From positions 1,088,001-1,152,000 of the forward strand of contig CAXXUK010000001.1 of the NCBI GenBank assembly GCA_963665125.2: a stretch of 64,000 bases of DNA, read 5' to 3'. The DNA comes from an uncultured Desulfarculus sp. (GTDB lineage Bacteria > Desulfobacterota > Desulfarculia > Desulfarculales > Desulfarculaceae). Numbering within the stretch: the stretch's first letter is position 1; each line of letters starts with the position of its first letter. Of this stretch, positions 28,732-38,840 are shown piece by piece. The notes beneath the pieces were generated by a model. That model saw nothing but the letters and a program-made list of their open reading frames with translations, had not been told where the DNA came from and did not search any database. The translations under genes and the position numbers were made by a program.

Positions 28732-28747
28732 TGGCACGGGACCTGCA
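28732..28747 (+). promoter_or_regulatory. Sigma-54 -24/-12 promoter
   Basis: TGGCACGGGACCTGCA (GG-N10-GC) after an AT-rich stretch, 30 bp before the ATG. Confidence 0.7.
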
Positions 28748-28776
28748 ACAAGCATGGGTGACCATGGGAGGTTGTC

Positions 28777-29241
28777 ATGGTGAAGATTGATAACTTAGCC
28801 TCATTCGATCAGATAACTGCCGCGACCGGCACCCAGGCGGCCAGCCCTGAAGGGGCGATGTCTTTTTCCGACGTACTTCGTAACGCCGTCAAAGAGATCG
28901 AAACTCCTGAGGCTGTTTCAGAAATAAAAAATGTATCCCCTGCGGGTTCGACAGAGTCCGTGGTGGAAGCCGGTGTTTCCGAAGATGCCATCCTGATGCT
29001 CGGCCAGACCAGCGAATTGTTGGAGGCTTTGGAGGACTTCGCTGCCAAGTTGGCCAGCGGCTCCTACACCCTCAAGCAGGTTGATCCGGAAGTCACGCGC
29101 ATTGAAGACATGGCCGGCGAACTTGAACAAAGCCTCGGCTCTCTGGACGAGCTTGATGAAGAGCTTGCTGGTTTGGTCCGGCAGGTGGTCACCCAAACTA
29201 AAGTCGAAGTGATGAAGTTCCAACGCGGAGACTATATCTAG
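28777..29241 (+). CDS. Hypothetical protein, probably sigma-54 dependent
   Basis: GGAGG RBS; 154 aa, acidic and helical, ending KFQRGDYI. Confidence 0.75.
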   Translation: MVKIDNLASFDQITAATGTQAASPEGAMSFSDVLRNAVKEIETPEAVSEIKNVSPAGSTESVVEAGVSEDAILMLGQTSELLEALEDFAAKLASGSYTLKQVDPEVTRIEDMAGELEQSLGSLDELDEELAGLVRQVVTQTKVEVMKFQRGDYI

Positions 29242-29250
29242 GGATGACAA

Positions 29251-29427
29251 ATGAGCACCACGACTTTGCCCGCTGCAAGCGACGAGAATGGTGGTTGTTC
29301 AAAGGAAAAGAAAGCCGAAGAAATACTGGATGATCTGGCCCGGCAGCTTGTTGAAACCCGCAAAGCACACTTATTGCAAATTCAGGACGTGTTGGCCAGA
29401 AAACAAGTAGAAGACAAATATATGTAA
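29251..29427 (+). CDS. Small 58-aa hypothetical protein (below ORF-track cutoff)
   Basis: MSTTTLPAASDENGGCSKEKKAEEILDDLARQLVETRKAHLLQIQDVLARKQVEDKYM; starts 9 bp after the upstream stop. Confidence 0.55.
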   Translation: MSTTTLPAASDENGGCSKEKKAEEILDDLARQLVETRKAHLLQIQDVLARKQVEDKYM

Positions 29428-29536
29428 AAAACCCCTAAACGGGGCTAACAGGTTGCTTCGGTCCCCTCCGAAGTGCAACGTAGGCGGCTCAAGAAAAGGT
29501 CCCCAACTTATTCTCGGTCGCCAATAAACTCCCTGA

Positions 29537-29573
29537 TTGCGGGCAAGTCGACGGGCTTGCCCGCAAGCTTTTT
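29537..29573 (+). terminator. Intrinsic terminator
   Basis: TTGCGGGCAAG / CTTGCCCGCAA followed by GCTTTTT. Confidence 0.7.
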
Positions 29574-29613
29574 ATGCTAAACGTTAATAAAGCTGATTAT
29601 CTATATGTTATTG

Positions 29614-32259
29614 TTATGGCTTTATTAACGACGAAATCAGGCCGGTCACATCGTTTTCCGAGGATAGATCAACCTCAAAGTGCTTGTAACGGAAGTACAA
29701 TGGCCGTCGCTCCCTCCATAGGTTATCCAGGCTACCAGCCTGTTCCAGACCCACCACGCCGCGGCTGTCGAGGTTGTTGATGCGCCCTTTTATATTCTCC
29801 ATATCGTCTTTCAAAAACACCACCGTGCTGTGGGCCCGCAGCCATTGCATGGCCGTGGGCGAATATATAACGCTGCCTCCGGGAGAGATAACCGTGGGCC
29901 GGGACAGGTCCACACCCATGATGATATCGCTTTCCAAATCAATGAAAGCCGCCCTGCCCCTTTTTTCCAGATAATCCTGCACGCCCATACCGGCACGGTC
30001 CTCTATCAGGTCGTCACCGTCGATGAACCGCCAGCCCAGGCGGGTGGCCAACTTGGCTCCCCAATAGCTCTTGCCCGCGCCGGGCATGCCGATGAGGGTG
30101 ATATTGCGGTAGGCCATCAGAGCGGCCAGGCGGCTGTCCAGGGCGGCATAGCGCCGCACGGGCTTGTCGTGCTCGATTGCCCGGCGCAGAGCCTGCCTGC
30201 CGCCGATGACCAGCACCAATTTGCGGGCCCTGGTGACAGCGGTGTAGATCAGGGGGCGGTTGAGCATGACGTGATGCTCGTTGGCCAGGGCTATTATCAC
30301 GGCGGGATATTCGCTGCCCTGGGATTTGTGGATGGTGACGGCATAGGCCAACACAAGATCCGCCCGTTCCATGGGGCTGTAGGAGACAGCGCGGCCGTCC
30401 ATGTTCACCCGGCATTCCTCGCCGTCGTCGCTGATAACCCGGCCCACGTCGCCGTTGAATACGTCGAGGTCATAGTTGTTGCGCACCTGCATGACCTTAT
30501 CGCCGGGCGAAAAGCGCGTTTCATCGGCACCGGGGTTGAGCCTGTGGCGCAGAATGTTGTTCAGGTTCTGGCAGCCCATGTTGCCCTTGTGCATGGGCGC
30601 CAGCACCTGTATGTCGTCAAATGGATCAAAGCCAAACTTGCCTGGCAGCCGCCGGGACGCCAGATCGGCTATTTCCCGGGCGCACTGGATCGGGTCATTG
30701 TTTTCAATGAAATAGAAATCAGCCTCCTGGCCCGGTCCGGGCAGGTTGGGCATCTGCCCGGCCAGGATGCGGTGGGCGTTTTCCACGATAAGGCCGCCGC
30801 CTTTTTGCCTGAAGATTTCGGTTAGCTGGGCCACGGTGGCCGCGTTGCTTTCGATTATATGGCGCAGCAGCAGGCCCGGCCCCACGGGAGGCAGCTGATT
30901 GACGTCGCCCACCAGCAACAGGCGCGTGGGCTCGGCAACGGCTGAAAGCAGATGTGAGCCCAGCCAGATATCGATCATGCTGGCCTCGTCGACGATCAGC
31001 AGATCGCAATCCAGCGGATTTTCGGGCCCCCTTTGGAACCGGTTTTCCTTGGGGCTGAACTCCAACAGACGATGCAGGGTCTTGGCCGGATGACCGCTGG
31101 CCTCGCTCATGCGCTTGGCCGCCCTGCCCGTGGGCGCGGCCATTTCCACCTTTAGGTCCATGCGCCGGGCAATGGCTGTCAGGGCCTTAATCAAGGTGGT
31201 CTTGCCCGTGCCCGGCCCGCCCGTGAGGATGCCCAGTGGTGCTTTCAACAGATCAACGAGGGCCTTGGCCTGGGCTTGGCTTGGCCTGACATCCATCTGT
31301 TCGGCCGCCCATTGCACGGCCGATGCGGCGCGTTTTTCGGACAGGATGCCCGCGCCCCTGGCCAGGCCAGCCGCGCACAGGGCAGCGTTTTGCTCCAGGC
31401 GCATCATGCCGCCCAGATAGACCGCCCGCCCCTGGATGGTTTCATCCACCACCAGGCGGCGTTTCTGGTGCAGATCGGCAAAGGATGGCCCCAGGGCCTG
31501 CCTGTCGATTTGCAGCAAATCTGCGGCCTGGTTCATCAATTCGTCATAGGGCAGATAGCAATGCCCCTGCTCCGTGGCTTTTTGCAGGGTATGGACAATG
31601 CCCGCGGCCAGCCGGGAGGGGTGATCGTCGGCGATGCCCAGCTTATGGGCTATCTGGTCGGCCGTGGCAAAGCCGATGCCGTGGATTTCGGCGGCCATGC
31701 TGTGGGGCTCGTTTTCCAGGATGTATCTGGTCTTGGAGCCGTAATGCTTGTAGATGCGCATGGCCGTGGACGGCCCCACGCCGTGGGCCTGTAAAAAAAT
31801 CATGGCCTCGCGCAGAACGCCGTGATCGGCCACGGCCTTGGCTATGCTCTTGGCCTTTTTGGGGCCCACGCCGGACACCGAGCGCAGCTTGTCCGGCTCG
31901 TTGAGAATGATGTCAATGGCTTCCTGACCAAGGGCGTCGACAATGCGCTGGGCCAGCATGGGGCCGCAGCCTTTGATCAGGCCGGAGCTGAGATAGCGCC
32001 TGACGCCTTCGGCGTCGCTGGGCTCCAGGATGCGGCATGTGTCGACTTCGAGTTGGGGGCCGAATTTGGGGTGCAGGCAGGCCCTGCCGCTGACCTCGAT
32101 CTCCTGGCCTTCGCTGACGCCGAACATGGTGCCGACCATGGTCATCAAGTCGTTCTGCCCCGGCAATCGCACCTTGGCCACGGTATAGCCGTTGTCAGGG
32201 TTGTGGAAGGTCAAACGTTCCACCCTTCCCCGGTGCTTTTGTTCGGTTTGGCTGGCCAC
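29614..32259 (-). CDS. recD2: RecD2-like SF1B helicase fused in frame to a C-terminal shikimate kinase
   Basis: RecD2: HPKFGPQ, HhH motifs, TGGPGTGKT, DEASM, YAVTIHKSQGSEY, YTAVTRA; from M715 (30117): LIGMPGAGKS, FIDGD, SPGGSV. Confidence 0.88.
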   Translation of the reverse strand: MASQTEQKHRGRVERLTFHNPDNGYTVAKVRLPGQNDLMTMVGTMFGVSEGQEIEVSGRACLHPKFGPQLEVDTCRILEPSDAEGVRRYLSSGLIKGCGPMLAQRIVDALGQEAIDIILNEPDKLRSVSGVGPKKAKSIAKAVADHGVLREAMIFLQAHGVGPSTAMRIYKHYGSKTRYILENEPHSMAAEIHGIGFATADQIAHKLGIADDHPSRLAAGIVHTLQKATEQGHCYLPYDELMNQAADLLQIDRQALGPSFADLHQKRRLVVDETIQGRAVYLGGMMRLEQNAALCAAGLARGAGILSEKRAASAVQWAAEQMDVRPSQAQAKALVDLLKAPLGILTGGPGTGKTTLIKALTAIARRMDLKVEMAAPTGRAAKRMSEASGHPAKTLHRLLEFSPKENRFQRGPENPLDCDLLIVDEASMIDIWLGSHLLSAVAEPTRLLLVGDVNQLPPVGPGLLLRHIIESNAATVAQLTEIFRQKGGGLIVENAHRILAGQMPNLPGPGQEADFYFIENNDPIQCAREIADLASRRLPGKFGFDPFDDIQVLAPMHKGNMGCQNLNNILRHRLNPGADETRFSPGDKVMQVRNNYDLDVFNGDVGRVISDDGEECRVNMDGRAVSYSPMERADLVLAYAVTIHKSQGSEYPAVIIALANEHHVMLNRPLIYTAVTRARKLVLVIGGRQALRRAIEHDKPVRRYAALDSRLAALMAYRNITLIGMPGAGKSYWGAKLATRLGWRFIDGDDLIEDRAGMGVQDYLEKRGRAAFIDLESDIIMGVDLSRPTVISPGGSVIYSPTAMQWLRAHSTVVFLKDDMENIKGRINNLDSRGVVGLEQAGSLDNLWRERRPLYFRYKHFEVDLSSENDVTGLISSLIKP

Positions 32260-35200
32260 TCAGCGCTCCTCCGGGCACAAGGGGGCCAAGGGGCACTTGT
32301 CCCTATGGCAATCGCGGCCGACTGGCGCCTGGGCCGGGTCGCAGATGGGGCCCAGGGCGCAGATTTCCCGGGCCGCCCGGGCCAGACGCAGCTCCATGCC
32401 GCCCAGGTCCTCGGGTGTAAAATTCATCTCGTGCAGGGCCGCGCCGCCGGGCCCCAGATGCACAAGAACAGCCCTGGGCGCCGGCCCACGGTCCAGCATC
32501 CGCCACCAGGCCGTGCTGTAGATCAGCATCTGGTTGCGGTATTTGGCCGGGTCCAGCTTGCGGCCCACCTTGTAGTCGGCAATGATCCAGCCGCCGCCAT
32601 CATCCGCCGGGGCTGCCAGATCGATCTCGCCGTTGAGTTCAAGCACGGGGCCGTCGGCATCCAGGCGAAGCAAAAACGGCTGCTCTCTCAGAATGGCCTC
32701 CGGTGGCAAGTGCCTCAATCGAGTTGCCAGGGGCAGATCAAAAAAGGCCGATGCCGCGGCCAGGGCATCCGCCACAAGCTCTTCCGGCGCTTGCAGGCGG
32801 GTTTGGGCTTCTGTGCAGGCCTCCTCCAAAGCCGGGTTTTCGCCGCTGATGTCCACGAGTTCCAGGATGTTATGCACCAGGCTGCCCAACATCACCGCCC
32901 GCTGAACAGCGCCGTGATTGGAATCGCCGCTCAGGCTGCCGGGTAGCGAGGCCGTGTCCAGGCCCAAGCGCTGGGTAAAGACAAAGCGCCGGGGGCATTC
33001 CAGCCAGTCCTCCATGCCGCTGACCGAGGTTTGCACCAGCCTGGTGGGTACGACGCCCGGCGCAATGCAGCGTTGGACAATGGCCCGGCCCTGCTCGCTT
33101 TGGGGACCCGGTTCAGGGGGCAGCATCAGGTTGGCGGCATCGATGGACGGTCCAACCTGGCCAACTTTAGTAACAGCCACGGCCTTGGTCGTCGTAACCG
33201 CCGGATCATCGGCCACGAATTCCCGCACCCACTGGGCCCAGACACCCTGACGACCGGCGCCCGTCAGACTCAGAATCAAGCGCCGCTCGGCCCTGGTGCA
33301 GGCCACGTACAGCAGGCGGGCGGCTTCGGCGTCATCAACGGCCTTGCGGCGTTGGAGCAGGGCCTTGTAAACCGGATTGGCCGGCTTTTGGCCCGTGCTG
33401 AAATCAATGGGCCGCAGACTGATCACCCCGCCGGGCCCCGGACCGGGCAGACTGTCGGCAGGGCCGCGCCCCGCGCCCAGATCGCAGAGTACGACCACCG
33501 GGAATTGCAGGCCCTTTGCCTGGTGGATGGTCATTATCCGCACCATCCTGCCCTGGTTGCCCATCAGCGGCGCTTGAGGGTCCTGGTCTCCCCTGGCGAT
33601 TTTCTGCTCCAGGTCATCAAAATATTGCAGGACGCCGCCGTCGAAAAAACGAGCTGATTCAATTAGTTTGCGCAGGTTGGCCGCCTTTTGCCCGCCGGGG
33701 TCCACAGCCAGCAAAACGGCCTCGTAGTCCGTGGCCGCCGACAACTCGGTGAGCAGTTCGGCCGGGGCCATGCGGGTGGCCCAAGGGCTGAATCCGGCCA
33801 CCAGCGCCCTGGCCTTGGCCAGACGCCGGGCTTGGCCCTGGCCGCACCAGCTGGGTAACGGCGTGTCGCCGCGCAAGGCTTGGGACAAGGGCACGGGTTC
33901 GCCGGTTCCTCCGTGCACCAAGGCCAGCAGGCTTTCGTCGTGCAGGCCAACCAGGGGCGAACGTAAAAACGCAGCCGCCGCCAGGTCGTCATGGGGCCTC
34001 AGCAGCACGCGCAGGCAATTGGCCATGTCGCTGATTTCCAGGCATTGAAAAAAGCCCCTGCCCCGCACGGTGTAGTAGGCCACGCCCGCCTGGGCCAGGG
34101 CCTGCTCATACAGGGCCACCTGGGTCATGCGGCGCAGCAGGATGGCGATATCTCCCGGTGCGGCCTCGCCGCTGTCAATTATCGCCGCCAGGTGGGCGGC
34201 CACGGCGTCGGCCTCGGCGCTACGCCAGGCGGCCGCGTTGCCGCCGTCTTCCAGCAGCCCGGTGCAGTCCAACAGCTCCACGGCGGGTCCGCCGAGCTCG
34301 GCGTATTCGTCCCTGCCCGGCCTTTGGCTATCGTCGGGACGGAATTGCACATGGCAATCAGCGCCGCAAGCCTCCTCAACGCTCTGAGTGAAAACCCGCT
34401 CGAAAATCCGGTTGAAGAAATCTATGAGCCGGGGATGGGAGCGGAAATTGCGTTGCAGGGCCACCAACGAGCCCCAGCCGCCGGTTTCGAACGATTCCAT
34501 GGTCTGGGCGAATAAGCTGACATCCGCGCCCCGGAAGGCATAGATGGACTGCTTGCGGTCACCGACAACCAATAGCAATGGCTTGTCCGCGTCCGCGCCT
34601 GGGTCAACGCCCTCGAGTCCGCACAACAGGCGCACGAAGCGCCCTTGCACCGGGTTGACGTCCTGAAACTCGTCGACCATGATTGCCCGGAATTGGCGGC
34701 GCAGGCCGGCCAGCACGTTGGGCCTCTGCTCCAGCAGATTCAGCGACATCAGCAGCAGATCGTCAAAGCTCAAGGCCGAACGCCGGGTCTTTTCCCTGGC
34801 AAGGTTGATTTCCAGGCGCTGGAGCAAACCAAGCAGCGCGCTGGTCAGTATGGCCGCATCGGGCAAGGAGGACGCTTCGGCCAGGGCCTTGGCCGTGTCC
34901 TTGGCCTGTTTGCGCAGGTCCTTTATTTCGGCCAAGCCGCCCTGATTGGGCCCCAGCGCGGCTTCCACGCCCAGGGCTGCGGCACTGTCCAGGGCGTCGG
35001 TTTGCAAGCGGCCGCTCAATACCGGCCATTGTTTTATAAAATCAAGAAGATATGTGGCGAATTTGGCCTTGGACTTGGCCAGTGAATCATCGCCCGAGAT
35101 CAAGGCCGAGAGTTCATCGCCCAGGCCGATCAGTTGGGCGGCAAGGTTTTGGGCCTGGTCTATGGCCTCATCATGGGCTTGGGCTGCGGCCTCGGCAGCC

Positions 35201-35748
35201 TGAGCCGCGGTTAGGCCCATGGTAGCCAAACCGTGACATGCCTGGGTCAGCATGCCGGCCACGCCCCAGGCCCCCCCCAGGCTATAGTGCTGCAACAGGA
35301 GCTTGAGGTCGTCGTCTTGCCCGGACAAACACAGCCGCAGCAGCGAATCGACAGCCTCTTCCAGCATCCGTTCAAAGGCGTCGGCATCCATGATGCTGAA
35401 ATCAGGGTCAATGCCCAGACCGGCCCCGTGGTCGCGCAGGACCGTGGTGCAAAAGCTGTGGATAGTGGTTATGGGAGCCCATTCCAGGGCCGGGAGCACC
35501 TCCCGCCAGCGCCCGCCAGTGTCAGACGCCTTTTCCGCCGCGGCGGCCATGACCCTGGCCCGCATCTCGGCGGCGGCCTTTTCGGTGAAGGTGATGGCCA
35601 CTATCTGGCCCGGATCAAGGGGCGGCCTGTCACCATTGCCGCCTAGCAGGCCAAGGTAGGCCTCAACCAGGCAGGTGGTCTTGCCCGCACCGGCCCCGGC
35701 CGTGACGCAGTAGTTTTGGTCCATCAGGGCGATGCGTTGCCGGCTCAT
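32260..35748 (-). CDS. addA: AddA-like UvrD helicase with PD-(D/E)xK nuclease
   Basis: AGAGAGKT, ITFTEKAA, VDEFQD, VGDRKQSIYAFRGAD, TIHQAKGLQF, GEIDL...IADYK. Confidence 0.88.
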   Translation of the reverse strand: MSRQRIALMDQNYCVTAGAGAGKTTCLVEAYLGLLGGNGDRPPLDPGQIVAITFTEKAAAEMRARVMAAAAEKASDTGGRWREVLPALEWAPITTIHSFCTTVLRDHGAGLGIDPDFSIMDADAFERMLEEAVDSLLRLCLSGQDDDLKLLLQHYSLGGAWGVAGMLTQACHGLATMGLTAAQAAEAAAQAHDEAIDQAQNLAAQLIGLGDELSALISGDDSLAKSKAKFATYLLDFIKQWPVLSGRLQTDALDSAAALGVEAALGPNQGGLAEIKDLRKQAKDTAKALAEASSLPDAAILTSALLGLLQRLEINLAREKTRRSALSFDDLLLMSLNLLEQRPNVLAGLRRQFRAIMVDEFQDVNPVQGRFVRLLCGLEGVDPGADADKPLLLVVGDRKQSIYAFRGADVSLFAQTMESFETGGWGSLVALQRNFRSHPRLIDFFNRIFERVFTQSVEEACGADCHVQFRPDDSQRPGRDEYAELGGPAVELLDCTGLLEDGGNAAAWRSAEADAVAAHLAAIIDSGEAAPGDIAILLRRMTQVALYEQALAQAGVAYYTVRGRGFFQCLEISDMANCLRVLLRPHDDLAAAAFLRSPLVGLHDESLLALVHGGTGEPVPLSQALRGDTPLPSWCGQGQARRLAKARALVAGFSPWATRMAPAELLTELSAATDYEAVLLAVDPGGQKAANLRKLIESARFFDGGVLQYFDDLEQKIARGDQDPQAPLMGNQGRMVRIMTIHQAKGLQFPVVVLCDLGAGRGPADSLPGPGPGGVISLRPIDFSTGQKPANPVYKALLQRRKAVDDAEAARLLYVACTRAERRLILSLTGAGRQGVWAQWVREFVADDPAVTTTKAVAVTKVGQVGPSIDAANLMLPPEPGPQSEQGRAIVQRCIAPGVVPTRLVQTSVSGMEDWLECPRRFVFTQRLGLDTASLPGSLSGDSNHGAVQRAVMLGSLVHNILELVDISGENPALEEACTEAQTRLQAPEELVADALAAASAFFDLPLATRLRHLPPEAILREQPFLLRLDADGPVLELNGEIDLAAPADDGGGWIIADYKVGRKLDPAKYRNQMLIYSTAWWRMLDRGPAPRAVLVHLGPGGAALHEMNFTPEDLGGMELRLARAAREICALGPICDPAQAPVGRDCHRDKCPLAPLCPEER

Positions 35749-38700
35749 AACTCACCGCCCTCTTCGGCCGCCGGGTTGACCCTGGCCCGACAGGCCCCGG
35801 CAAAGTCGCAGTACTTGCAGGCCGCTGGGCTGGGCGAGGCCACGAAATCGCCACCGCTCAGGGATGACCACAACCCGGCAATGGCCTCAACCAGCTTGTC
35901 GTTGATAAGCGGATCGTCGGACGCCAGGTCAACCGTTTTGGGGCTGTCAAAGGGCTTGCGGGTGGACACCACCAGCCCCTGGATGTGCTTGACCTCCGGC
36001 CCGCGCACCCTTGCCGAGGCGGCCATGTATGTTGGCATTTGGTAAAATTTGGTAAGCCAATTTTTTGGGTTGGCCATATTCTTGATATTTTGGATGTCGT
36101 TTGCGTGCTTGTAATCGACAACGCGCAGGGTGGAATATTGCTCCGCCGGGTTGGCGTCCAGGCGGTCCAGCCTGCCGCTGATGACTAGGGGCTCTCCCTC
36201 GGCCACGGCTACCTCGAAAGCATTGCCGTTTTCGCCGGAGATATCCTCCTCCACGGCCACGGGGACCATGCCGTCACTGAACAGGGGCCATTGCTGTTCG
36301 ATCACCGCGGCCAGGTACTTTTCCAGGGCCAAACGCCGGGCCTGTCGGGCAAAGGGATGGCCGCCGCCATGCTTGTTGAACTCGGCTTCAAGACACTGGG
36401 CCAGCCTTGCCCTGCGGAACTCGAAATCCCATGTTGGCGCGAAATCATCGGGCTTGAAAAACGCCGCCAGGACGTCATGCACAATTTCGCCCTCCTGGCT
36501 GCCGGATACGCCCCACCCCGGCTCGTCAAGCAGGCGGATACCCAGGAGCCGGGCCAGGAACCAGCTCATGGGGCACTGGGCATAGGCCTCGATCATGCTG
36601 GGCGAAACCTTGCGGCGGGCGGGATCGGCTAAAAGGCTTTGCAGCAGGCCACGGGCGTCATCCGAGCCCATGGCACCGTCATATTCACCGGCGGCATCTA
36701 TCCTGGTCCGGCCCGCCAACGCGTCGAGCCTGGTTCGGGCCGACTCGGTGCCCGCCTTTTGGTTGATCTCCTCCCAGCGCCGGGCCAGGCCGCTGTCTTG
36801 GCCCAGCCAATGCAGCACAGCCTTTGCCATATCCCCCGGCAAGCCGCCGGCAAGATCGGCCGCCAGGGAACCCATGAGCGCCTGGATGCCGTTGCATTCG
36901 TTCAGGGCGGGCAAAGAGCCGAAAACGCCGCCGGGGCTCTTTGTTATCTCCATGCCCGTTAGTCTGGAGACCTCGCGCATCAGGTATGCCGGCTCCAGCT
37001 CCGCGCCGCCCGTGTCGGCCGCCGGGCAGCAGAGCATGACGGTTTCTTCAGCGGCGTACATCAGACCGGCCAGGCGCATCATCTGGCCGCTGTATTCCTC
37101 GTCGTCGGTGCGCCAGATGGGCATGCCCGCCCTTTGCCCCAGGGCCATCCGTTCGGCTGAGGACAGGATGCGAACGGCCTGGGAAATCTGGCGGGGAAAC
37201 TCGTTTTGGGCCAGCCCGCCCACCAGCAGGTATTTGAATTTGGCTCCGGTGGCCTGGTCCAGGCGCATGACCTGGATGCCGCCGTTGGGGCCCTTGGCCG
37301 ATGGGGCCGGATTCATGTCCAGACACTGCTTCAACAATGACAACAGACGCCCGGCGGAAAGCGCAGCATCCCATTGGGCCGTTTCCGCCGCCTGGTCCAG
37401 TTCGCGGCAGGTGCGCCGCAGTAAATCAAGGGCCTTCAACTCGGACACGCGGATGTCCGGCCTGCCTTCCGCCCCGACAATAAGCCGTTCAAGGCCCAAC
37501 TCGTCCAACAAACTTGTTAAATGTGCCGTAAACGATGGAATATCGGCGCTATTCCCGAAGATATCCAGGCGGTTTTGCAGAGCCGCGCAGGCCCAGGCCA
37601 GGTCTTTGTAGGGTGTGCCCTCAAAGCCGCCCAAATAGTCGCCGGGGGGCGTTTCCCGTCCGTCGATATAGCCCGCTTTTTTCAGAAGGAACTCGGCGTT
37701 ATCAACATGCCCACAACCGAGCATCATGTACACAGCCCGGCCTATTAGGGGAGAATCAATGACGTTGGCCAGCGTAACCCGGGGATATCCGCCGGACGGC
37801 AGGGCCAATAAATCCAAAAGCCCGCTGATCAGCGGAGAGGAACCGAGCTTATTGCCGCCGCTGATATTCACCGGCAAACTCATGCGCCCGGCAACGTCGG
37901 CGACCATTTGGCCGTAGATGTCCAGGTCAGGAAAAGCAAGGGCTATTTCATGGGGCGCTGCGCCATTGGAAACAAACTCATCGGCCTTTCGCAGAATAAA
38001 CTCGACTTCACCGTAGCGGCCCGGAGCTTGCACCAGTTCGACGTTTGCGGGCGGGTCATCCAGAGACGCCCCGCCCGGCGCAAGCAGCGAATCAACCAGG
38101 CGGGCAATGGCGTTGTCCGCTTGCGCGTATTGCCATTTGATATCAAGAAACCGGCTGTCGGATGCTTCCAGGTATTCGGCGCTGTTGCGTTGCAGCCTGG
38201 CCAGCTCACCGTTGGAACAATCGTGTGGAGGCAGCGAAAAGCCTATCTCCACGGGCAGTATCTCTGACAAAATCCGGATCAGGCGCATATCCAGTGACCG
38301 CAACCACAGCACATCGTGAAAGATCATGCCGGACCAGGGCAGGCGCAACCGGTCCCGCTGCTGTTCGATGCGGCGTATGCCGTCTGCCTGATCCTCCAGG
38401 CCCATGTCCTCCAGGGCCTGCTCGTATTGGCCAAGCAGATCGGCCAAGGCTTGGCTGCGTTCACCGCCTAGTTTCCTCAGTTGCTCCATATTCAAGCCGC
38501 CGGCCCGTATTTCCACCAGCAGACGCCACAACCGCGACGGCAGGCGCCAGCCCTGGCGCAGACCCTGGAAAATGTCGGCCCTGGCCGGGTCATGGTGCAG
38601 CAGCCGGTGAACCAGCAAAGCTCCAGCCAAGTCGCTCAGGGGCTTCGCCTTGTTTGCCACAGTGAGCATGCTGATTACTTTGGGCAGGAAGTTGTCCTGG

Positions 38701-38840
38701 GTGAAGTTGGCGCCCAACAGCAACATTCCGCCGTTTCTCATCAGTGCGGCACGGGAAACAGCCTGTTTCTGGGCCAGGCCGCTGGGCCAAATATGAGCGA
38801 TAGCTTCAGCACCTGAAATAATATGTGGTTTAAGGGTCAT
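35745..38840 (-). CDS. addB: AddB-like nuclease subunit with Fe-S staple
   Basis: Degenerate helicase body; YAQCP, GRLDRLD...VDYK, CKYCDFAGAC; ATGA overlap with addA; start placed at MTLKP. Confidence 0.82.
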   Translation of the reverse strand: MTLKPHIISGAEAIAHIWPSGLAQKQAVSRAALMRNGGMLLLGANFTQDNFLPKVISMLTVANKAKPLSDLAGALLVHRLLHHDPARADIFQGLRQGWRLPSRLWRLLVEIRAGGLNMEQLRKLGGERSQALADLLGQYEQALEDMGLEDQADGIRRIEQQRDRLRLPWSGMIFHDVLWLRSLDMRLIRILSEILPVEIGFSLPPHDCSNGELARLQRNSAEYLEASDSRFLDIKWQYAQADNAIARLVDSLLAPGGASLDDPPANVELVQAPGRYGEVEFILRKADEFVSNGAAPHEIALAFPDLDIYGQMVADVAGRMSLPVNISGGNKLGSSPLISGLLDLLALPSGGYPRVTLANVIDSPLIGRAVYMMLGCGHVDNAEFLLKKAGYIDGRETPPGDYLGGFEGTPYKDLAWACAALQNRLDIFGNSADIPSFTAHLTSLLDELGLERLIVGAEGRPDIRVSELKALDLLRRTCRELDQAAETAQWDAALSAGRLLSLLKQCLDMNPAPSAKGPNGGIQVMRLDQATGAKFKYLLVGGLAQNEFPRQISQAVRILSSAERMALGQRAGMPIWRTDDEEYSGQMMRLAGLMYAAEETVMLCCPAADTGGAELEPAYLMREVSRLTGMEITKSPGGVFGSLPALNECNGIQALMGSLAADLAGGLPGDMAKAVLHWLGQDSGLARRWEEINQKAGTESARTRLDALAGRTRIDAAGEYDGAMGSDDARGLLQSLLADPARRKVSPSMIEAYAQCPMSWFLARLLGIRLLDEPGWGVSGSQEGEIVHDVLAAFFKPDDFAPTWDFEFRRARLAQCLEAEFNKHGGGHPFARQARRLALEKYLAAVIEQQWPLFSDGMVPVAVEEDISGENGNAFEVAVAEGEPLVISGRLDRLDANPAEQYSTLRVVDYKHANDIQNIKNMANPKNWLTKFYQMPTYMAASARVRGPEVKHIQGLVVSTRKPFDSPKTVDLASDDPLINDKLVEAIAGLWSSLSGGDFVASPSPAACKYCDFAGACRARVNPAAEEGGEL

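Noticed and set aside
35745..36600. Cas4-like Fe-S nuclease or CRISPR system
   Set aside because: The motif belongs to the AddB C-terminus; no repeat-spacer array or cas genes seen in the window.
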